From: an uncultured Solibacteraceae bacterium
Lineage (GTDB): Bacteria; Acidobacteriota; Holophagae; Holophagales; Holophagaceae
Assembly (NCBI GenBank): GCA_964589695.1
Contig: CAZPUI010000001.1
Coordinates: 29,866-93,865, forward strand
Reading direction: 5' to 3'
Length of the DNA: 64,000 bases
Shown here in pieces: positions 43,915 to 52,700 of the stretch. Numbering within the stretch: position 1 is the first letter of the stretch; every line of letters begins with the position of its first letter. The translations under genes were made by a program, and so were the position numbers. Under the pieces are notes generated by a model. It worked only from the letters and a program-made list of their open reading frames with translations. It had not been told where the DNA came from and searched no databases.

Positions 43915-44965
43915 GGGGCAGAACCGCTTCCGGATCAAGTGTTCTTGTATTGAGGGATGGAATAGGAACCTCCGCCCTGACAACAGGCGCAACGGGGGTC
44001 CGAATCGCGATGACAGGTAGGTTGTTGATGCATAGCTCGGGTCGGGTTTTTGGAGTGAACCTGTTAGCTAGGCTGGTTCGCAGATCCGACCAATTCCTTG
44101 CCCTAACCTCCCATCGTGCCCCTCGATTTTCGTAGTCTTCGCTGAGCTGATGCACGACGGCCTCTAGACCGGTGTCTCTATCGAAAACTATGACGCTCAG
44201 TAGGTGAGGGCCGAGAGCAACCACCATGCTCGTACCGCTGTACTCGCCTACCAGCATTGTTTCGAGCCGTGGTCTTTTCGGCAGGGAGACGACCGCGAAA
44301 CCAGTCTGTTGATGTTCTTCCTTATCTGCCTCGCTAGACGAAACGAGGCTTAGAGCGCGTTTTGATTCTCCGAGGTACCCCTGTTCCCGATGGCACAGGT
44401 GGAAGGCGACTAGCCACGGTCGGTCGACAATGACCCGGTCAAGGCCCCAGTGCTCAGGGATAGGAACGCCCGTCATGTACGCAAGCATTGCGTCGGACCA
44501 AGCTAGCACCGCCTGTTCAGTATTTTGGTAGCTCGTGACCATCGAAGGCGTGGCAATGAGCCGAGCGGCGAGGAGTCTTTGCGCCTTTTCGCGGTACACA
44601 ATGGTGAGTTCGGCCAGGACCTTTTCGATGGTTTCACCGCGGTGGAATGCCACGTTCAAGGGCATTCCCTTGGCAACGAAGTCAATTCGTTCAAGGAGGC
44701 CTTCAGGGCGAAGCATAGCGTCAACCTGCTCACCCACCGCCATCAAGTAGGCTTCGCCACCAGCAACGCCCGCTACGTAGGCCATGCAAGCCAGTTCGCG
44801 AGGTCGCGCCATCAGCACGTCAATACCGCCGCGGGTCCACTCGCCGGCACGTTTAGGGTCGAGCCCAAGGTGATTGGCCCATTCCGGGCCTACTTGCTCC
44901 CGCAGGAACTTGGCAAGGGTGACTGCGTGCGAGCGGATTTGGGTTTTGCGTCGTTCGTTGATCAT
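43898..44965 (-). CDS. Hypothetical protein (~355 aa)
   Basis: I chose start MINERRKTQIRSHAVTLAKFL... at 44965, 8 nt after the upstream small-ORF stop. The track's longer N-terminus looks non-coding. No domain recognised. Confidence 0.5.
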   Translation of the reverse strand: MINERRKTQIRSHAVTLAKFLREQVGPEWANHLGLDPKRAGEWTRGGIDVLMARPRELACMAYVAGVAGGEAYLMAVGEQVDAMLRPEGLLERIDFVAKGMPLNVAFHRGETIEKVLAELTIVYREKAQRLLAARLIATPSMVTSYQNTEQAVLAWSDAMLAYMTGVPIPEHWGLDRVIVDRPWLVAFHLCHREQGYLGESKRALSLVSSSEADKEEHQQTGFAVVSLPKRPRLETMLVGEYSGTSMVVALGPHLLSVIVFDRDTGLEAVVHQLSEDYENRGARWEVRARNWSDLRTSLANRFTPKTRPELCINNLPVIAIRTPVAPVVRAEVPIPSLNTRTLDPEAVLPHASMA

Positions 44966-44975
44966 TGTTCTATCT

Positions 44976-45188
44976 CTATGACTTAGGGACCTGCGTGTTG
45001 TTCGGTGATTGAATCGCCCCTGCTGTCGCACATGTGGGTGGCACCAGAATTGAGACGTTCGTCGCGTTGAACTGGTCACTATCACTGGGATACTTGATCG
45101 TCGTCGTCAGACTATTTGGATCACTACCAGCCGTTACATTTACCAGTTGATGCTCCAAAAACCTCGAAAAGAATGGCAATTCGGACAT
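44976..45188 (-). CDS. Small ORF (70 aa), Ser/Thr/Asn/Pro-rich, strong RBS
   Basis: AGGAGGAAA lies 4 nt upstream of ATG 45188. It sits directly downstream of the LytTR two-component cassette and directly upstream of 43898..44965. Confidence 0.45.
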   Translation of the reverse strand: MSELPFFSRFLEHQLVNVTAGSDPNSLTTTIKYPSDSDQFNATNVSILVPPTCATAGAIQSPNNTQVPKS

Positions 45189-45280
45189 CGCTTTCCTCCT
45201 GCTTCAAGGTGGGGCGACGCATAGGAGCACGTCAAGACACTCCAACGCCAGCGGTAGTTTTTCGGACGCGAACGGCTCTA

Positions 45281-46000
45281 TTACGATAATTCCTTTTTTG
45301 ATCCTAGGGCCGCCCTGACAATTGCTACTCGGCGTCGAGACACACGAACTGCCCTCGACCCAGAAAGGTTTATCATCATGACGTCCCCTGATAACTCGTA
45401 GCTCTCAACGGCTTCCACGCGGATTGCAGTATCGCGACCAGTTTGGACGAAGCCCTCTAAACGTTCCATGGCTTGAATGAGCGAATTCCAAGGGCCACGG
45501 TACATTGTGCCATGCACAAATGCCCAAATGACATTTCCTTCCCTTTCAAGGTGATCTATTTCGCAGGCTGAGATTATCTCAGAGAATGGTCTTCCATCCC
45601 GAGTTCGCTCCATCGTAACCTTGATTTTTGAATTCCTATTAGTATTCCTGATTGACTCGACAATACGGTGAATATCTTCCTGAAATATCGGTTTTTCCAG
45701 AACAGCGTAATAATTAAGTTTTATAACTGAATATGCGTGCTGCTTGAGAAAGGCAGTGACGATTACCACCGGAGGCATATGCGGAATATTTGCTAATGCC
45801 TCAGGTCCAGTTATTCCTGGCATTTGGAGGTCTGAAAAAATCACATCAACATCGCCGGAATGATGAATAAGAAATTTCCTAAAGTCACTACCAGACCAAA
45901 ATTCAGCGACTATTTGAACACCCTCATTTTCGAGAATATTTCGAAGATGTGCACGACTTGCTGGTAAATCTTCTGCTATGACAGCTCTTAGTTTTTTCAT
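45281..46000 (-). CDS. LytTR-family response regulator (REC + LytTR DNA-binding domain)
   Basis: The start MKKLRAVIAEDLP... is at 46000 (ATGA overlap with the kinase stop). The receiver Asp context is DVIFSDLQMPGITG. The C-terminal LytTR-like region reads ...IDHLEREGNVIWAFVHGTMYRGPWNSLIQAMERL...FVQTGRDTAIRVEAV. The gene is AT-rich. Confidence 0.8.
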   Translation of the reverse strand: MKKLRAVIAEDLPASRAHLRNILENEGVQIVAEFWSGSDFRKFLIHHSGDVDVIFSDLQMPGITGPEALANIPHMPPVVIVTAFLKQHAYSVIKLNYYAVLEKPIFQEDIHRIVESIRNTNRNSKIKVTMERTRDGRPFSEIISACEIDHLEREGNVIWAFVHGTMYRGPWNSLIQAMERLEGFVQTGRDTAIRVEAVESYELSGDVMMINLSGSRAVRVSRRRVAIVRAALGSKKELS

Positions 46001-47091
46001 GGTTTCACCGGAACTACTACACACGATACAGCTTTTGTGGCCTCGATATTTAACCAGAGATTGGCTGAGTTATTTTTATAGACGATGGAAAGCCGTTTCC
46101 GTAGATTTGCCAATCCAGTTCCCAATCGGGTACTTTCACTTTCTTGTAAATTTGGTGCAACTGAATTTTCAACTAAAAAAACAATCTTATCATCTTGTAT
46201 TTTGCCGTTCATTGTTATGACCCCATTCCCACCCAAGTTGGTAATACCATGCTTAATAGCGTTTTCAACTAAAGGCAAAATTACAAGGGGAAGAATTTCA
46301 AAGTCATCAATCCCTTCCCAGTTCCATTCAATTTGTATGCCACCTTCAAAACAGAGATTTTGGAATTGTATATATTGTTCGATTATTCGCCTTTCTTCTC
46401 TTACGGGGTGTTTTTTTACATCTGAAGTTTTCATTATATCACGAAGATGCATTGAAAGTAATTTCAGCGCTTCCTGAGTTCGTTTTTGACTAATTGAAGC
46501 GATTCCTGTGATGACATTTAAGGAGTTGAATAACGCATGCGGAGATAGTTGGTTTTTTAACAATTGTGACTGAATTGAGTTTGAAAATTGTCGAATGACA
46601 TTGGAATAATTTTTTGATGTTTCATAACTAGCAACAAAATAGGACAAAAGTAAACCAAATGGCAATCTTTCGGATATGAATCCAATAATATAGTATTTTA
46701 TCAAACCGGGTTTCCAAAAATCTCTATGTTGCGCAACATATACTGCAAAAAGGTCAATCATTAGCATTATACAGGATATTATAATTATTGGCTTTAGTAT
46801 GTTTTCGCGCCCATTCTTTCTCCATTCCATGTGCCACAAGCTAGGAAGAACGATAGTCATCAGCAGGGCACTGATGAAAGCAATAATATCACTAGTGTAA
46901 TCGCGGTACCAAGTTATCGAGTTTAAATTCTTAACGGATAATATTGCCGCCAGTATGCCAATCGTAACTGATGCGTTGAAAACCGCGAAACTATAGTACG
47001 TCCACCTCGTTAGGCGCTTCCCGATTTGATCCCAGCCCGGAGAAGCATCACGGTCAGATTCGGCCATTTCGTCTACATATCTGCTTTGCAT
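45997..47091 (-). CDS. LytS/YehU-type sensor histidine kinase (His_kinase PF06580-type H-box + HATPase_c)
   Basis: 364 aa. The N-terminal half has ~5-6 TM segments. The H-box is QLLKNQLSPHALFNSLNVI. The ATPase motifs are LVENAIKHGI and GTGLANLRKRL. The gene is strongly AT-rich compared with the backbone. Confidence 0.8.
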   Translation of the reverse strand: MQSRYVDEMAESDRDASPGWDQIGKRLTRWTYYSFAVFNASVTIGILAAILSVKNLNSITWYRDYTSDIIAFISALLMTIVLPSLWHMEWRKNGRENILKPIIIISCIMLMIDLFAVYVAQHRDFWKPGLIKYYIIGFISERLPFGLLLSYFVASYETSKNYSNVIRQFSNSIQSQLLKNQLSPHALFNSLNVITGIASISQKRTQEALKLLSMHLRDIMKTSDVKKHPVREERRIIEQYIQFQNLCFEGGIQIEWNWEGIDDFEILPLVILPLVENAIKHGITNLGGNGVITMNGKIQDDKIVFLVENSVAPNLQESESTRLGTGLANLRKRLSIVYKNNSANLWLNIEATKAVSCVVVPVKP

Positions 47092-47139
47092 GTTGCTCTC
47101 GATTTCTGCTAAAGTCCTATAAAACCCAGGAGGTTAGAA

Positions 47140-47514
47140 GTGGTTGAAATTATCCGTATTGGAGACGTTCTTGAGTTGGTGCTGACCCAAATTGCTGGAA
47201 GGCAAAACGGCTTCCTGCAGGCGGTGGTAATGGATGATTGGACCCGCCGGGCTGTGGCTACTGCAATAGTGTGTTGGGAAAGAAGTTGTCCCGAAGCGTT
47301 TCATACCCAACCGGGTGAATGGCCTGCAGGGAAGGTCATCCTGGAACAGTCCAATCTTGCACCAGTCGCAGCCATTAGTGATCTGACAAAAGCAGTAATT
47401 GAGCTCAAGGGTGATTCTCGAAGGACTGTAGTAATGTCTATTCTGGATCACCTTGACTCCCTCGACGCCCAAAGTCCGGTGGCGGCACTCCGTACTCCTG
47501 AAACAGTGCCGTGA
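47140..47514 (+). CDS. Hypothetical protein (124 aa), low confidence
   Basis: GTG 47140 follows AGGAGG (47129..47134 region). It overlaps the convergent HTH gene by 77 nt, and an antisense ORF (47134..47472) also exists. Coding status is unresolved. Confidence 0.35.
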   Translation: MVEIIRIGDVLELVLTQIAGRQNGFLQAVVMDDWTRRAVATAIVCWERSCPEAFHTQPGEWPAGKVILEQSNLAPVAAISDLTKAVIELKGDSRRTVVMSILDHLDSLDAQSPVAALRTPETVP

Positions 47515-47701
47515 TCATGAGTCTGGCGGTGGAGGCGGGAACCCTTTCTCCCTTTGCCCAGAAAGCTAGGTACCGCCTCGATACGCCTAAAGACTTGGCC
47601 AATTTCCCGACGCCCCGCATTCGTTGAGCCAGAGTAAGCCAAGGTTCAGGAAGTTTGATACTAGGAGCCATCTCCCAATGATAGGGATCTATGATCCCCA
47701 T
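47438..47701 (-). CDS. Small Cro/YdaS-like helix-turn-helix protein (~87 aa)
   Basis: I chose start MGIIDPYHW... at 47701, after AAGGAGA. The HTH reads LTLAQRMRGVGKLAKSLGVSRRYLAFWAKGERVPAS. Confidence 0.55.
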   Translation of the reverse strand: MGIIDPYHWEMAPSIKLPEPWLTLAQRMRGVGKLAKSLGVSRRYLAFWAKGERVPASTARLMITALFQEYGVPPPDFGRRGSQGDPE

Positions 47702-47745
47702 GCAAGTCTCCTTATGCTTCCGAACACCCAGGTCACATGCGCGGA

Positions 47746-47776
47746 CATGCGCGGAATCGCATGTCACCACATCGTT
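47746..47776. repeat. 31-nt direct repeat, copy A (preceded by a 10-nt tandem duplication CATGCGCGGA at 47736..47745)
   Basis: CATGCGCGGAATCGCATGTCACCACATCGTT. 28 of 31 positions are identical to copy B at 48502..48532. Confidence 0.8.
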
Positions 47777-47997
47777 AGTTTCACAGAACGAACCTTTCCA
47801 TCGGCGAATTTTGCGGCTGGGAAATCTCCTTTTGCTCCAATTGCAATTTCACGAATGCATTTCATAGCATTTGACACACGATTTCACCGATTGTTCTCTA
47901 TACAATAGCATTTTGTACACCGCCATAGCGAACATTCATTGTCGGAATTGCGGACTCCCTTACGATTTGGAGTCCCAGATGCAATGCTGACCCCAGG

Positions 47998-48327
47998 ATG
48001 GCCACCTACCACCCCGATGTGATCGCCGCCCTACAATCTTTTCAACAAACAGCACAAAGGCAATTTGGACCAAGTGCTGAAGCTGTTTCTATTACCGACG
48101 AAGACTTGATTGAACCCGATTCGTGGGCACGCAAGACGCTCATATTCGGAATCATTTTGACCGGAACCTTGGCCCTATGCCTCCTTTGGACTGATCTTTG
48201 GTCGGAAGCTCTTGTTAATACAGTAGTTGGCTCTCCTATGCCTCTTCTCGCGGCGACGCTGAGGTGGCTCCTGATCGCTCTATCAAGCCTGTTCTGCATC
48301 CGGGGCATTCTGCATCTCGCAACCTAG
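47998..48327 (+). CDS. Small membrane protein (109 aa)
   Basis: There are two or three hydrophobic segments (TLIFGIILTGTLALCLLW; PMPLLAATLRWLLIALSSLFCI). No domain recognised. Confidence 0.5.
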   Translation: MATYHPDVIAALQSFQQTAQRQFGPSAEAVSITDEDLIEPDSWARKTLIFGIILTGTLALCLLWTDLWSEALVNTVVGSPMPLLAATLRWLLIALSSLFCIRGILHLAT

Positions 48328-48501
48328 CGCTCGGGACCAGATTTCTATCGCTATTTCCGCTTCCCGCGGCATTAGTGTTACTCCATCGTCCTTATCTTTG
48401 GTTTTACACAGGTTGTTACCTGCAAACGTCAATCTTTGTCGATTTTCATCCAGGTTTTCCCCTCGGACCACCCCTCCCTCTTTCATCAGGTAATGGTGCT
48501 C

Positions 48502-48532
48502 CATGCGCGGAATCGCACATCACCACATCATT
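48502..48532. repeat. 31-nt direct repeat, copy B
   Basis: CATGCGCGGAATCGCACATCACCACATCATT. Its CAT (48502..48504) is the start codon of the minus ORF 48283..48504. Confidence 0.8.
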
Positions 48533-48634
48533 CGCGGCCTGCAAACGCCAGCACCTGTCGTATCTTACTTATGTTTGCGTCTGTCTATTTTGCCCGTGAT
48601 GATCCAACTTTAATATTGTCTACGCTTGTAGACA

Positions 48635-49777
48635 TCACATTCGACCCGCCAACTTCTGCCGATCCAGCCACTCCAAGCAAACCCTCGCCCTCGCTGCATC
48701 TACCTTGGCCTTGGCAAGCAGTTCATCCATTTCCTTCGCATCGCCACCCACTGAGCTCCCCCGGGCCGCTTCTAGCTTCTGGGCCTCGGCCTCCCCCGCC
48801 AGGTAGACCGTCAGTTCCTTCTGTTCCAGTGCAACGTATGCGTCAACCGCCTCGAGGGCCTCTCGCAAGCGATCCCCCCGTTGGAGCACCACTGTTTCAT
48901 TAGGCTGTCCTCCTCGGGTCTGGTAGGCGACGATACCCCCCAACACCACCAGGACTGATGCCGCGAGCAACCACCGAAGAGTCCCCTTCCCCACCGCTTT
49001 TGTGCCGATTTTCCCGACAGGCACCGGAGAGACTCCCACCCCCCTCTCCCGCCTACCTATTTCCTTCCGGACCTGGTCGTCCTCGGAGATTAGATCCCGG
49101 GGAATTTCATCCCCTTCATCCACGGCCATGCTCGGTATTCCAACCTCTTCCTGCGCCCGCACCACTGACATGGCAAGGTGCGCCTCGATTGCCATCCGGA
49201 GCGTCCGGACCTCTTCGCTCGACCTGGCCAACGCCTCCTTCAGCGGAGCGACCTCGGCCCTAATCCCTTCTCTCAGAATCTCCCGTGCTACTGCGAGGTC
49301 CTCCGGCCTCGCCACCGCCAGGTATCCCGGACTCGGTTCTGCCTCGGCTTCACGGAGGTCCGCCTCTGTCTCTTCCACGACTTCGGTCAGCGCTGCTGCG
49401 ATGTCTGAGCCGGGAGGTTCCACCATAACGTCATCTTGGTTCACATCCGCCAGGTCCGCCCCCCGCGCACGGCAGTCCTCGTCCAAAGCACGCGGTTCCT
49501 CCGCCCGAATCGTGCGCACGATAACTGCCTCGGCCTCCTGGATAGTTCGCGAGTACGGCTCGGTTGCCCTCGCCGGAACTGCTCCATCTCCCAGAAGACG
49601 CTTCAGGTCCTGGTCCGGATCCAACACCTCGACAGGTCCCCCCTGCCCTTCCTGCCGTTCCCTGCTTTCAGTGAACTTGGCGATGTCCTTCGCGATCTCC
49701 ACGCAAAACTCGTCCCGGTTTCTCTCCAGTTTTGTCTGAGCCGCCCTCAGTGAATCGCGAGTCTCTTCCGCCAGCAT
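48635..49777 (-). CDS. Acidic coiled-coil protein with one TM segment (380 aa), immediately downstream of the coupling-protein gene
   Basis: AGGAGG lies upstream of ATG 49777, which is 12 nt after the T4CP stop. The TM segment is TLRWLLAASVLVVLGGIVAY. The flanks are Glu/Asp/Arg/Ala-rich. Confidence 0.6.
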   Translation of the reverse strand: MLAEETRDSLRAAQTKLERNRDEFCVEIAKDIAKFTESRERQEGQGGPVEVLDPDQDLKRLLGDGAVPARATEPYSRTIQEAEAVIVRTIRAEEPRALDEDCRARGADLADVNQDDVMVEPPGSDIAAALTEVVEETEADLREAEAEPSPGYLAVARPEDLAVAREILREGIRAEVAPLKEALARSSEEVRTLRMAIEAHLAMSVVRAQEEVGIPSMAVDEGDEIPRDLISEDDQVRKEIGRRERGVGVSPVPVGKIGTKAVGKGTLRWLLAASVLVVLGGIVAYQTRGGQPNETVVLQRGDRLREALEAVDAYVALEQKELTVYLAGEAEAQKLEAARGSSVGGDAKEMDELLAKAKVDAARARVCLEWLDRQKLAGRM

Positions 49778-49789
49778 GGCCGCCTCCTG

Positions 49790-52700
49790 CTATCGGCTCG
49801 GATTGATAACCCGCATCTGCCAAAGCCTCACGGCCGGCAGCATGTAGAGGTCCTTCCCATTCCACTTCTTCCCCACCTTGGGCAGGCGGTGATTGGTGTG
49901 GCTCTCACTGTAGTTCCTAACTTCAGGTGAGGTAATCAGGAAGTCCGGCTTGCAGAGAATACGTCTCGGCGGCTTCGGCACTGCGCCATCCCAGGTACTG
50001 GCCACTGCGTGGAAGGCCGGGAGGAACACCAGTAGCGCTGGATCGACGAGATAGCGCTCCTCCTCCTTTACCGTCACTTGCACGCTCCCACCACCGGATT
50101 TCCCGCGGGCACCGAACTGGGCATCCTGGGCGGTCATCTGCTGGAAGCTCTGAGTCAGGTTTCGTTCGGTCACCTGTTGGCGACATTTCCCCCCAAGGAG
50201 ATCAGCACACTCCTCTGCCTCCTTGGTGTTGTTCAACTTCATGACGATCCGGTTGGGGAAATTGGTCAGGAGGTTGTCCGCCACCTTTTCTTCCATCATC
50301 GAGTAGATGGAACTCGGACCCTGCGTTGCTATCACGTTAATTGATTTGTTGGAGCGGGCAACGCTTGCGTATTTTGCATCACTTTCCCCCTCCAGGAAGA
50401 AATGGCACTCATCGATGATCAGCACGACGTACCGTTCCGTGTTTGGCATCTCCTCCAATGCGTCATTGACCGAGCGGATCTCGTCTGACAGCTGCGAGAT
50501 CTTGGCAAAAAGGCTCAAGGAGTCCCGGTAGGCCTCCTTTCCGAGGAAACCCAATTCCCGCTCCACGGCTGATGCCTGTGTGTCCAGGAAATCCTGCGCC
50601 GTCTGGGCGAACATGGTCGATACCGGCAGCACTATCCCAAGCGGCACCTCCGCAAGCATCCTTTCTGCCGCCTCGTGCATGGACGGATCGGTCAGCAGCC
50701 CCTCAAGACCGTACACCCCGAGGCCGCTCCAGATGTCGTACCGTCTTTCCCGGATCTGCCTTGCTGAATCTAACGCCCCGTGCACCTCGGCCTTGAACTG
50801 CTCGGCCTGTCTCCGCACCCACCCCCCGCCCTGCTTTGCCTCGCAGACAGCCTGGAGATCCTTCTCCGCCATCCCACGAGGAGTGCCGTCTTCACGCAGG
50901 GTCCACGCGGGCCAACCCGCCTTCTTAGCGTTCTGCGCCAGCAATCGGAGCATGTGGCCTGCCCAAAAGGTCTGCCGGATCACGCTGAAGGTGCCTCCAT
51001 CGCCAGCCCCCCCCTCAGCGCTTTTACACCCGGCGAGTCCCATGAAAAGAACCAGGCCCTTGTCCAGAATGTCAGGCCTGAAGCAGGTGCCAAGCAGCAG
51101 CTGGGCCCCTGTCCTCTTGTTGTCCGAGTTGTCCGCGTGCGAATAGAAGCCGTACATCGGCGACACCTGCGTCGTCTGGTGATCGCTGCTGGCTCCCACC
51201 CAAGGGCCCAGGGCCCTTTTCCAGATCAAACGCTCCTGCACCCGCTGTTTCAGGTCCTCTCGTTGGGCCTTCAACTGGTCGATCTTCAGGCGGCCATGCT
51301 CTGCACGAAGGCCCTTGTTGGAAGCTCGTTGCCCGTCCCTGAGCTGGACGTATTTCTGGAAGCTCCTGTTCACAAGCGCCATGACGATCTTGCTAACCCC
51401 CTGGTGCCGCTCCTCCGGAAGGGCCACCGTAACGATCTTCCCGTGCTGGAAGATCCATCCCCAGCCAGGAAAGCTGATATCCGCTTCGCGCTGCGGCGCG
51501 AAGCTCAGCTGATAACCAGGTGCCAGGAAGGCCTGCGTCACGACACTGATCGTCTGGATGATGTTGACCTTGGTTTCGCCCTTGTCAGCCCCCGCGGCCG
51601 TCCAGCTGCCGTAGTACCAGTTCTTGATGTTCTGGATGCTGACCACCTCTTCCGAAGTCGCTGCCCGCCTCCCCTTCCCGTTCAGGAGGTCCTCCAGACG
51701 CTTGATCACCAAAGCGAGTTCGTCAGGTTCGCCGATCAGCCGAGCCAGGATCGGGAAGGTTGTGTATCCGTAGAGGATCTTCGTCGCTGAAAGCAAATTG
51801 GTGATCAGTGCATTGCCAGCATTCTCCCAGAAGGGGTCTGGCTTCCCTCCTTTGTTCTGGGTTGCGAACACGGTCCGCACGAATGTCGCTGCCACGTTCA
51901 CAACATCAAGGCCAGGAAGGTGCATGGGATTGAACTGGAAAGGCCCATCACACCTATGCCCCGTGTTCGGAGCAACGTAGTTTCGGAAGCCCAGTAGGCC
52001 AGCGCATTGGTATTCCGCCAGCCCTTGAACGGCCTGGGAGAGCGCCAGGAAGCCTTGAGCGCGAGCCTCGATCCCCTTGTGGTCGTAGGCATCGAGGGCT
52101 ACCACAAGCCCAGACCAGAGCACCTGGGCCCACGCCGGGTCCCAGGCGCTGACGAGCGCCGGTGTCAGGACGTGCCCGTGGGGCCTCCCGATCCAGCACT
52201 GCCCTACCCCGCCCACACGCATCACCAGGCTATCGATCAGCAACTTGTCGTCTCCCCGAGGAATCCACTTCGAATTCACGAACCCAGGCGAGACTCCGAA
52301 CATGGCGGAGACCACCTCGCGCTCGTGCTCGTGCGCTTCCTCCATGGCCAACACGAGGTTCTGGATCTCCCGGTTCCGCCCTGCTTCCTGGCAGGCTTGG
52401 ATCACGGGTGAACCTTCCTCATGCAACCGAGCGACGAGGTGCTGAAGGGAAGCATCCATGCTCCATTTGCCGACAGCGTCGACAACGATGCCTCCCACCA
52501 TCGCGAACACTTCATCGATGGCTGCTGTAACGAGCCTCGTCTCGCTTGCAACTAGCCCGGAGATGAGGGCGTCCAGCTTTGCCTCCCGCCAACGGTTCCG
52601 GAGCCAGGTCACTACATCCCCACTCGGAAAGAGTTCGGGCATGGCTTGCACCTTTGGCGTTCCCTTGCCCGGCCCTATCCCGAACCCGCCATCACCCTGC

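Noticed and set aside
47134-47472. Minus-strand ORF 47134..47472 (112 aa), antisense to 47140..47514.
   Set aside because: It has no RBS and its composition is unconvincing. The + strand alternative is itself only weakly supported, so the true coding status of this ~370-nt stretch is unresolved.
48283-48504. The 73-aa minus ORF starting inside repeat copy B.
   Set aside because: It has no clear RBS, overlaps the 3' end of the convergent membrane-protein gene, and has no recognisable fold. I noted it in the repeat finding rather than calling it a gene.
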